Position numbers and translations under genes: made by a program. Positions 48,201 through 58,657 of a DNA stretch of 64,000 nt are shown here, piece by piece. The stretch is from Phaeosaccion multiseriatum (Eukaryota; Protista; Ochrophyta, other classes): contig OZ218955.1 of assembly GCA_965112735.1 (NCBI GenBank), positions 2,728,001 through 2,792,000 of the forward strand. Direction: 5' to 3'. Within the stretch, counting starts at the first letter, position 1, and each line of letters begins with the position of its first letter. The notes beneath the pieces were generated by a model, which was not told where the DNA came from, did no database searches, and saw only the letters and a list, made by a program, of their open reading frames with translations.

Positions 48201-51200
48201 TCACTCACACACTCCCTCACTCCTCACGTGTTGGTTGTTCACTCCTGTCAGGTGATGATCGCCAACATCTCCATGGCGGCAAGCTCCTTCGAGGAGACGC
48301 TCAATACGCTCAAGGTACAGAAGGAGGGATGAGGGGGAGGGTACGGCAGTTACAGAAAGTGGGATAGTAGGTACAAAAAGTGGGATATATGGGGAGGATA
48401 ATAGCAGGACGCCAATGAGCCAACACTGAAGCCCCGGACACGCGCCACCACACCTCTTTCTCTCTCTCTCTCCCTCCCTCCCTCTTTCTTCTCTCCCCCT
48501 CCCTCCCTCTTTCTCTCTCTCTCTCTCCCTCCCTCCCTCTTTCTTCTCTCCCCCTCCCTCCCTCTTTCCCTCTCTCCCCCCCTTCCTCCCTCTTTCTTAT
48601 CTCCCCCTCCCTCCTTTCTTTCTCTCTCTCTCTCTCACTGCACAGTACGCCAACCGAGCCAAGAACATCAAGACCACCGTCACGCGTAACGTTTTGAGCG
48701 TTAACTACCACATTGTCGAGTACGTTAACCTCATCAGCTCGCTAAGGACCGAGATTGGCCGCCTCAAGACGCAGTTAAAGGTCCTCCCCGAGGGGGGAGG
48801 GGGAGGCTCGGGCCCCTCGGGAAGCGGTGGCTCCAGGGGGGGTGGAAGCGGCTCCGGCGGCGGCTTGGATGACTTAGGGCTGGGCCTTCTTCCTCCCGAG
48901 GGGGGCAAGGGCGGCAAGAGCAGCAAAGGCAAGCGTTCCGGAAGTTCTTCTACGCTCTCAGTGCCCGCCATCGGAAGCGGTGGAGGCAGCAGCAGTGGCA
49001 GCGGCAGGAGTGGGGGGGGGGGCAATCCGGGGGGAGGGGTTAGCAGCAGCAGGACGGGAAGAAAGGTTTCCGCGGCGGTATGTGCGGTGGCGGGGGTGCT
49101 GGGAGGAGGCAGAGGGGCCAAGGGGGGCAAAGGAGGAGGAGGAGGAGGAGGAGGAGGAGGAGGAGGAGGAGGAGGAGGGGGAGTGGGAGGAGGAGGAGGA
49201 GGAGGAGGAGGAGGAGGAGGAGGAGGAGGAGGAGGGGAAGGAGGAGGCAAGCAGCCAAGGGCGAGAGGTAGGGTCCAACGCGGCAACACCGAGGCAGAGG
49301 GGGGCGGCGGCAGTGGCAGTCGCAGTCCTATGGGCCGGGGGGGGCAGCAGGGTAAGCAGGGGCGGCAGGGGCAGCAAGAGCTCGGCTCAGAGGGAGGAGA
49401 GCAGCTAGATGCTGGCAGTGGGGTCTCAGACGACATCAGCACCAGTCAGGACCAAGAAGCTTCCGTGGATGACAAGGCTTTCATGGAAGAGGTAGTACAT
49501 GCGGAGAGTGGAATGAGGTGGGGGGGGGGGGGGGGCGGGACAGGGGGCCAGGGGCAGCGGCTTGATAGAGTCCTACCCCCCTTACTTCTCTTTCTCTTCT
49601 CTCTCTCTCTCCCTCCCTCGCTCCCTCCTCCCGTCACTCATTCACTCGGTCCCTCTCTCTCTGTACAACCTATCTCTATGCCCCTGAATGTGCGTCTTTG
49701 TTTCTCCTTTCCCTGCCCATTCGCAAAGGTGCGCGAGAAGGTGGTGAACAACTTTCGAGAGCGCATGCAGCTACGCCGCTCCCTCATAGGTACGTAGAGC
49801 AGTTGGTGATACAGCAGCTGTGGAACACTCAGTCACTCACTCGCTCACCTCACCTCGCTCACTCACTCACTAACTCACTAACTCACCCACCCACCCACAC
49901 CATTTACTCACTCGCTCACTCACTCACTCACTCACTCCCCACTCGCTCACACACTCCCTCACTCTATCACCCACCCACTCACTCCCTCACGCACTCTCTC
50001 ACTCACTCACCTGAACAGAACTGGAGGACCAGAACGTTCAGAATAGCATCGAGGTGGGCAAGCGGCAGCTCTTTATCGTCGAGTGGAAGGACGACAGAGA
50101 CCAGACGAGCGACAGGGGGGCAGGAGGGGCGGGGAGGGCGGGGAAGACGAGCAGTATCGGGGAGAAGCTTATGAAGATCCGATTCAGCGGGTAAGTATTT
50201 TACTTACTTACTTAGTAGTGCTAATAAGGTGTGGGGCGATGCCCATGTGCCCTTGCCCGTATGTACAATCGTATTGACAGTGCTGACCGCTTCCTTCCTC
50301 TCTCGCCCTTTGTGCTTGTATGTCCTGCTGTTATTTTCTTCTGCAACGCCCTGCTTGGGGGGAAACTTGATGAAACCACTGAAACCGTGCGTGCGTGCGT
50401 GCGCGTGCGTGCGTGCGTGCATCCAGTGATGACAGGGAGGGCGGTCAAGGCGACAGCAAAGGTGGTGGAGGAGGACGGGGAGGACGAGGAGGAGGAGGAG
50501 GAGGAGGAGGAGGAGGAGGAGAAAGTGAGTCTGTAGACTTGGACGCAGAGGGGCTCAAAGGGCTCATCGGAGAAGCAATTGGCGACGACGCGCCCCACCA
50601 CATCAAGGGGGCGTGGAAGGAGTGCCAACAGCTGAGCTCAGCTATCGACAAGAACAATCACATCAAACGAAAGATTGCGAGGAGACTGCGCAACAATGAG
50701 AGGCAGGCAGAGAGCTTTAGAAAGGATTTGGCGGAGAAGGTCACCGGGGAGGACTGGAAGGTGAGTAGGTCAACGATTCGGTGGTGGGTGTCAGGACAGA
50801 GGATGGATGGGTGGGTGGGTGGGTGGGTGGGGTTGTGTGGAACCAGGTGTCGTGTGTCTATATGCTCACGTCCGCGTGTCCTGCTTGCTTCTCACGGACG
50901 ATTCCCCGCCTCTACCTCCCTCTCTCTCTCCCTCCCCCACCCTCCTCCCCTCCCTCACTCCCTCCTCTCCTCCCTCCCTCCCTCCCTCCCTCCTTCCTTC
51001 CATCTCCTCCCCTCCCCTTCCCTCTCTCCCCTCCCTCCCTCCCGCCCTTCCCTCCCCTCCCCCCTCTCCCTGTGTGTATCACCAACAGGAGCTGATGGAG
51101 CTGCAGTACCGCATCGGCAAGCTCGAGCTAGAAAATATGGAGCTCGAGCAAAGCCGCATAGTGCATGAGTCGGCCATGAAGGGTAAAGACCTCACCATCC

Positions 51201-51774
51201 AGAAGCTTTCCTTACAGTTGGCGGTGCAGCATAAGTTAGTGGAGCAGCAGAGAAGTATACTCATGGACCATGGACTCTTGCCGGGGGCGCTGGGACAGGG
51301 GCAAGGGGCAGGAGGAGGAGGAGGAGGAGGAGGAGGAGGAGGAGGAGGAGGAGGAGGAGGAGGAGGAGGAGGAGGAGGAGGAGGAGGAGGAGGGGAAGGA
51401 GAAAGAGGAGGTGGGGGGGGGGGGCACGCGCAGGGGAGTGGCAACGGCACCATAACAGGTTGGTGATTCGGTGGGCTTTACTTACTGCCTACGTGACAAA
51501 ACTGGCTGGCTTACTGCCTGGGTGATCGACTGACTGACTGGCTGACTGACTTCCTCCCTTCCTCCCTTGCTTCTCTGTCCCTGTCGTCTATCCTCTGCTC
51601 TGTTCTACTTTTCCTGCTTCTCTCCCTCTCTCTCTCCTGCTCTCTTTGTAACTCGGTCTCCTCTCATTCATTCTTGCGATCCAGGAGCGCTGATGCTTGA
51701 GCCCAGCAACAGCAGCAGCAAGAGTAATAGTAATAGTCATGGTCACAGTTATGTCAGCACTAGTCATAGCAATA

Positions 51775-51818
<44 letters not shown>

Positions 51819-53903
51819 CACTACACGGCCCCGATTCCAGCGGCCGGAGGCTCCAGCAGCGACAGTATCGGGGGCAGTAGCGCGTATGGCAGTTTCGGGG
51901 ATTTGCGAGTATCGGGAGACGGCGGCGGCTTCGACCGGGGGAAGGCGGGAAGGGGCAGGAGAAGGGTGCGGAGAGGGGGGGGTAGCGGCGGGGTGGAGAG
52001 CGGCAGCACCAGCACCGGCAGCAGCACCAGCATCCAACAGCAGCAGTTGGTGATACAGCAGCAGCAACAGCAACAACAACACCAGCAGCCGCCACCGCTT
52101 CCCAGGCACGGTGGTGACCGTTTTCCTCCGGCTCAGGCTCAGACAGGAAGCGGAGCGGCAGACGAGCGACTCGACGAGGGGAGGCAGCAGCAACAGCAGC
52201 AATCGTCGCACCACCACCACCACCACCACCACCATCGCAACGCACAGCAGGGTAGCACCGGGCGGCTTCGGGGTAGAGAGCATCCGCAGCAACAGCAGCA
52301 CCAGCAGCAGCACCAGCAGCACCAGGCAGCCAAGGAGAGGCCTAGATACCCCGGGGGGCACCATCACAGTCACCACGGCGGAAACCATCGGGAGCCCTTC
52401 TTGGGAGGTACGTACGTACTCACTTACTCAACTTACGTGAGGTTACTTGCGCGAGATCAAAAGAGGGAGTGGCGACGGCGGCTGTATCGCCAACTGCTGA
52501 TGTACTTCAACACTCTCTCGCGTTGCTATGCTGTTTCGCATTCCACCTCGAGTCTTCTTGTGTCTGCCCTGCTCCTTTCTTTCTCTCTGCCTCTCTCCCT
52601 CCCTCCCCTCCTCTCTCTCCCGTACTCACTCATCCACACACGCACCCACTCACTCACTCACTTGCACACCCTCACCGACCCATTTCCCCCCTTTCCCTCT
52701 CTCCCTCCCTCTCCCCCTCCCCCTCCGCCTGTCTGACTCAGGCGGAGTTTACGCGGACCTGACCCCCCCAGCAATGACGTCAGGCCCTGGGGCAGACGAC
52801 GAGAGTAGCATGGGCGGTATCCACCCGCACCCCCCGGGAGGCCCCGGTGGGGACGGAAGCGGAAGCAGCGGTAGTCATTTGGGTGGTCACAGCAGAAGTG
52901 CGAGCATGGGCAGTCATATGGGTGGTGGCAGTGGTGCTGAAGACGGCCTGGCAGGGGTGAGGCTCCCAGCCTCGGGAGTTGGAGCAGGAAGCAGCACGAG
53001 TATAGGGTATCGAGACGGCGGTATGAGAGAGGGGAAGGAGAGGAGGGCCGGCAAGGGAGGGAGGGACGGAGGGAGGCCCAACACTGGGGAGGGGGGGGGG
53101 GGGGCAAGGTGGGGCGCCACACCTGCTACAAATGGCGGCAACTCTTCGAGTGGGGGAGCAGCAGCGGCACCTGCGCCGCGGTTGAGCCCTTCGAGGCGGC
53201 GCCAGCAGCAGCAGCAGCAGTTGGTGGTACAGAGCAGCAGCAGCAGCAGCAGCAGCAGCACGGCCAGCGGCAGCGGCAGTGGCAATAGCAGCGTAGGAGG
53301 GGCTTTGGCCTTCGTACAGCAGCAGCAGCCGCAGCCGCAGCAGTTGGTGGTACAGCCACAGCACGTGGGTCGGTCGAGGGTGCGGAAGGGGAACACGGCG
53401 GGACTTGGCAATGCAGCAGCAGCAACAGCAGCAGTTGGTAGTACAGCAGCAGGGGGGGGGGGGGCAGGAGGAGGAGGAAGAGGAGGGGCGGACAGAGGCG
53501 CGATGAAGAGCAGCAGTCCTCGCAGTCTACCGAACCTCAAGGTCCATCCTCTTACCCCGGGGGGCAGTGGGGGTGGCACCAATAGCACTAGCACTCACGG
53601 CAATAGCAGTCATACTGCTGGCACTCTCAGCAATAGCAATAGTAATAGTAACGGGTCGCTAGGCGGTCAGGGCAAGGGGGAGGGCAATAGGGGAGCTGTG
53701 GTGGTGAGTGAGGACTTGCTGGAGGTTTCCGTGGATGACACTCCGCGCACGCACGCACACGGCTGGCGACGGCAGCAGCAACAACAGCTCCAGGAGAAGC
53801 AGCAGCAGAAGCAGCAGCAGCAGGCTCAGCAGAAGCAGAAGCAGTTGGTGATACAGCAGCAGAAGCAGCAGCCTCTTCAACAGCCGCAACCGCACCGTAA
53901 ACC

Positions 53904-53936
<33 letters not shown>

Positions 53937-53988
53937 GCAACAACAACAGCCGCAACAACAACAGCAGCAGCACCACCAACAACAACAG

Positions 53989-54026
<38 letters not shown>

Positions 54027-54050
54027 ACAACCACAACAACAACAAAAACC

Positions 54051-54095
<45 letters not shown>

Positions 54096-54159
54096 GCAGC
54101 AGCAAAAGCAGCCCCCCCAGTCGCAGAAGCAGCTCCAGCTCAAACTCCAACAACAGCTC

Positions 54160-54201
<42 letters not shown>

Positions 54202-54456
54202 TCGGTGATCCCAAAGGAGCCCCCCCTGCACCACCGAGGCGGGGGTGGCCCTGCCCTAAGCGTGGCGGCGGTCGGTCAGCTAGGCAACAACGGACGCATC
54301 GCGGGGCTGGAGCTGGGGGTCGGAGGTAGGCGGATGCCGATCGGAGGGGCGGCAGCGGCAGCATGTGGTCACACGGCAGCGGTAGTAGCAGGAGGGGCAG
54401 CAGAGCAACGTCCGCCGGGCCCTGGGGGTCAGCAGATGCTGCAGCAGCAGCACTAA
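45163..54456 (+). CDS. Kinesin-8 family motor (KIF18/KIF19-like) with a long low-complexity tail
   Basis: About 13 exons (45163-45829, 46372-46496, 46746-46967, 47298-47491, 47794-48114, 48252-48314, 48646-49491, 49729-49789, 50019-50189, ~50427-50760, 51089-~51458, 51684-52407, 52743-54456). Motifs: [130 protein letters not shown]. The start and the 3' exons are less certain. Confidence 0.9.
53770..54200 (+). repeat. Interrupted polyglutamine tract (~140 codons; CAG-rich, then CAA-rich, then mixed)
   Basis: Directly visible in the last kinesin exon. Confidence 0.85.
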
Positions 54457-54534
54457 ATGTTAATAGGAAGAGCTGCGAGTTTTGATGGTACTCAATTCTC
54501 TTGTACTGCGTTGCGTACAGTAGGTGGGCTTACC

Positions 54535-55270
54535 TCCCCTCCTCTTGGCTGCTTTCCTCCTCTCCTCTTGGCTGCTTTCCTCCTCTCCTCTTGGCTGCTT
54601 TCCTCCTCTCCTCTTGGCTGCTTTCCTCCTCTCCTCTTGGCTGCTTTCCTCCCCTCCTCTTGGCTGCTTTCCTCCCCTCCTCTTGGCTGCTTTCCTCCTC
54701 TCCTCTTGGCTGCTTTCCTCCTCTCCTCTTGGCTGCTTTCCTCCTCTCCTCTTGGCTGCTTTCCTCCTCTCCTCTTGGCTGCTTTCCTCCTCTCCTCTTG
54801 GCTGCTTTCCTCCTCTCCTCTTGGCTGCTTTCCTCCTCTCCTCTTGGCTGCTTTCCTCCTCTCCTCTTGGCTGCTTTCCTCCTCTCCTCTTGGCTGCTTT
54901 CCTCCTCTCCTCTTGGCTGCTTTCCTCCCCTCCTCTTGGCTGCTTTCCTCCTCTCCTCTTGGCTGCTTTCCTCCTCTCCTCTTGGCTGCTTTCCTCCTCT
55001 CCTCTTGGCTGCTTTCCTCCTCTCCTCTTGGCTGCTTACCTCCTCTCCTCTTGGCTGCTTTCCTCCTCTCCTCTTGGCTGCTTTCCTCCTCTCCCCTTGG
55101 CTGCTTTCCTCCTCTCCTCTTGGCTGCTTTCCTCCTCTCCTCTTGGCTGCTTTCCTCCTCTCCTCTTGGCTGCTTTCCTCCTCTCCTCTTGGCTGCTTTC
55201 CTCCTCTCCTCTTGGCTGCTTTCCTCCTCTCCCCTTGGCTGCTTTCCTCCTCTCCTCTTGGCTGCTTTCT
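54535..55270. repeat. 23-bp minisatellite (TTGGCTGCTTTCCTCCTCTCCTC), ~32 copies
   Basis: Unit starts at 54545, 54568, 54591 and onward; near-perfect copies. Confidence 0.95.
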
Positions 55271-55351
55271 GCCACCGCCCTGTGCCGGCGGCCTAGTCTC
55301 GGCAATGAACTCATGTGACAGATGAGAACACAAGCAAGTCAGTCTCACTCG

Positions 55352-55687
55352 TCCACCCACCGCCTTTGCCCCACTCTAATGTCTTGCATTCCATCCACCC
55401 ACCGCCTTTGCCCCACTCTAATGTCTTGCATTCCACCCACCCACCGCCTTTGCCCCACTCTAATGTCTTGCATTCCATCCACCCACCGCCTTTGCCCCAC
55501 TCTAATGTCTTGCATTCCATCCACCCACCGCCTTTGCCCCACTCTAATGTCTTGCATTCCATCCACCCACCGCCTTTGCCCCACTCTAATGTCTTGCATT
55601 CCATCCACCCACCGCCTTTGCCCCACTCTAATGTCTTGCATTCCATCCACCCACCGCCTTTGCCCCACTCTAATGTCTTGCATTCCA
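55352..55687. repeat. 42-bp minisatellite (TCCACCCACCGCCTTTGCCCCACTCTAATGTCTTGCATTCCA), 8 copies
   Basis: Head-to-tail, near-identical, with no spacers. Confidence 0.95.
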
Positions 55688-56081
55688 TTAGTGTCAAAGA
55701 TGGAAAGACATACAGAAGCGCTCAACATCGAGCCTCATGCGCGAGACATCTCAAGGGGGCGGGGTCCCCAGGGGGGAGCGGTCCCGAGGGGGGCAGTGGC
55801 CCCGAGTGGGTGCGTCCTTTGTGTCTGGACCTCAGGTTGCACATCGCCCTGTGTGTAGACGAAGCCTGTTGCCTTGCCTTGCCTTGCCTTGCCTTGCCTT
55901 GCCTTGCCTTGCCTTGAGGTGTGGCTTAGGTCCAGCGGGGTTGGGGTCGGATCTGGCTTCGCCCTCAAGTCCTCAGCCCCCACCAGATTCCGAAACGTCA
56001 GCCAAGTTCAGCTTCAATTTCAGTCTCAGCTCTCACCACTAGAGAGAGCAGTAGCCATGACTGCCAGCAGCAGGCAGAGCA

Positions 56082-56856
56082 TCAGCCATGACTGCCAGCA
56101 GCAGGCAGCGTCTCAGGCAACATCGCCAACGCCATGTCCCGTATTGTGTCCTGGAAGGGGCGGCACAACACGCCGAGCTCTCCGGCTACGGCCTGAGCAC
56201 ACACCTCTTTGTCACTCCTCCCTCCCCCCACCCTCGCCCCGATGGCTTCCGCCCTCTCCAGTTGCTCGGGGCTGAGAGTCACGCGTGCCCTCAGGCGGGC
56301 AAGGTGAGAAGCCCGGTTGGTGGTGGTGCTGGTGGTGCTGGTGGTGATGCTGGTGTTGGTGTTGGTGTCGGGGGGGGCGAGAGCAGCGGAGAGCGCCTGC
56401 GACACTTGCAGAGGGGTCACGCGGCTCTGGAGAGGGAGGGGCAAACACGGCAATGACAGTGTTAGTAGTACGCGCTCCCTCCCCTCCCCTCCCTCTCCTC
56501 CCTCCCTCTCTCCCTTCCTCACCTCCGTGCTGACGATGTAGCGCCTGCCCGCCTGCCCCCTCTCCGCCGCCGCTACATGTGCCTTGGCCACATCCCTCAC
56601 GTCACAGATCAACTTCCTCTCCAGGCTGGGCCCCCCTTCCCTTCCTCGTATTCCTTCCTTTCCCTCTCCTTCTCCGGCGAGGATCCAGTCGCGCATGAAG
56701 TGCTGGCTAGTGCAGAGAGGGCTGCAGCCCAGAGAGGCCGGAGGGCCCAGCATCATTGAGGGCTGAGGGAGGGAGGGAGGGAGGGAGGGAGGGAGGGAGG
56801 GAATGGGTCGGTGGGCGCGTGAGTGATTGGGCGAGTGTGAGTATGCGGTGTGTGTG

Positions 56857-56887
<31 letters not shown>

Positions 56888-58263
56888 TGTGTGTGTGAGC
56901 GGCGAGCCGCTAGCTGAACACACGCACGCACTCACGCACTAACGCACGCACGCATGAAAAGACTCAGCAGGTGCGCTATGGCGTATACGTACGCACCAGC
57001 GCGGAGAGCACGTTGACTCGCTCGTCCCTCCCCCACCGCAGCGCCGCTCTCTCTGCCTCAGCCTTGGCCCATTGGTAGGGCTGCATGCCGGGCCCACGCC
57101 GCTCACTGGACGTGTTCCAGTCCTCCTCGGTGAAGTGTTTGCCATTGGTGGGCCTGAGGGAAGGAGGGAGGAGAACAGAGGCGTATGGTGAGGGAGAGCG
57201 AAGGGCGAGTGCTCCATGACGAGCGACAAGGCTCACAGGCAAAGGGAAGGAAGTGCACTCCATACCACTCCATTCCATCCCCTTGCTCAAGGTTAGGCCC
57301 AGCCCGAGCGAGGGAGGAAAAGCCCAAGGGCCCTCCCCCCACCCCCCCCTGTTGTAAGGACGATCCCATGTTGTGCATCTCACCCTCTCCCTCACCTGTC
57401 CCCAGGGCCTCGAAGCGCGGCGCTACTCGAGGTGATGACTACCGCAGCGAGCTCAAGCTCCGTAGACACCAACATAGGCGCCTCTTCTTGTTCCTGTTCT
57501 TCTTGTTCTTCTTCCTGTGTGTTGCGCCCATCTTCACCTTCAGCGCAGGCCTGGTCATCAGGGCCCTCTCTCTGTTTCTTTCTCTCTGCTTTGGTGGCGG
57601 AGACGGAACGGGCCGTCTTGGCAGAGGCGAGGAGATGCAGGGTTCCCTCCAAGATGGGGTGTACAATCTCCTTCTCGGCGTCGGCAAAGTCCCGGTAGAA
57701 GGGTCCGGCGGTGTGGAAGAGCACGAGAGACGAGCGAGGGAGAGAGAACGGAAAGGGTGCTTGGTCTGCTTCCCGGCAAGTCTCAGACTCTTTAGTCGAG
57801 GAGGAGCAGAGACTTAAGGCGGGTCCGAATGATCCTGGGAGTGTCAAGTCTGCCTCGTACAGCTCGAGCCTGCCCGGAGGATACCGCTTCTGGAGCGAAT
57901 GGAGGGCGCGCAACGAAGCATCTGTCTCGTCGGAGGTGCTTCTCCTGATGTTGCCGCTGCCGTTGTTGCTACTGATCCTGATTCCAGAGCCCTCTGAGCG
58001 CCCTCTGAAGGTGCCTCGCACGGAGTGGCCTTCACGCATATACGCACAAACCGCACAGCAAGAGAGCAGGCGCGTCTCAAATACATCTGTAAGGAATGGT
58101 AAGTCCAGCATGCAGACGCACCTTGCTCGAGCAGCTCCTGCACGAGATGGAGGCCGAGGTAGCCCGTTGCCCCGGTCACCACGGCCGTGTAGGCCTGGGA
58201 GGAAGGCAAAAGGAAGAGCGATAGCAGAAAGACAAAAACACGAGGCCGCCAAGCGGACATCAT
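56082..58263 (-). CDS. Extended SDR, NAD(P)-dependent epimerase/dehydratase (dihydroflavonol-reductase/CCR-like) with an N-terminal signal peptide
   Basis: About 5 exons. Motifs: AVVTGATGYLG (Rossmann fold), HSVRGTFR, LELYEADLT, VLFHTAGP, IVHPILEGT, VVITSSSAA, FTEEDW, YQWAK (YxxxK), ICDVRDVAKAHV, RRYI. Confidence 0.85.
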
Positions 58264-58657
58264 CGCAGGAGGAAGGAACCAGGACCAGGACGCACACAGC
58301 AGAGATCCCCCGCGTATTTATAGAAAACCTCCATGAAGCGCAGCAGCAGAGCTACTGTACACGTAGGAGAGAGAGAAGAAATATATATTACACCCTTAGG
58401 AGAGAAGAGACGACGGGAGTTGTTGCGTTGGTTCTTTGTGGCTCACAGAAAGGATGATTTCCCTCCGATTTCCGATTTCCCCCATACCTCTTTGTACCAA
58501 CCAAGTCAAGACCCTTGTTTTTACGGTATGGCTGCTGGTGCTGGTGCTGCTGGGACACACACGGTGAAGTGCTCGACGCGGACGAGTCCGAAAGCGGACT
58601 TTGCCCAAAGATAACGCTGGTCGTGGGAGATTCCTGCACTTGACCGCCCAAGGCACA

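Larger units (their letters stand above)
323..53854. other. Dispersed, highly iterated 11-mer GTTGGTGATAC / GTATCACCAAC
   Basis: Exact copies at ~323, 1973, 2127, 2670, 9878, 13754, 13956, 13977, 20207, 20222, 20410, 39792, 40098, 41031, 41061, 41415, 42474, 42504, 42861, 49802, 51076, 52046 and 53844. One-mismatch copies at ~1334, 2437, 3769, 6505, 8032, 10425, 13932, 13998, 20177, 20192, 38958, 47781, 52484, 53220 and 53343. Confidence 0.9.

Noticed and set aside
54457-55360. 264-279 aa ORFs in several frames
   Set aside because: These are translations of the stop-free 23-bp minisatellite.
55352-55687. 42-bp repeat x8 as a CRISPR array
   Set aside because: The units are head-to-tail with no unique spacers, there are no cas genes and the context is eukaryotic.
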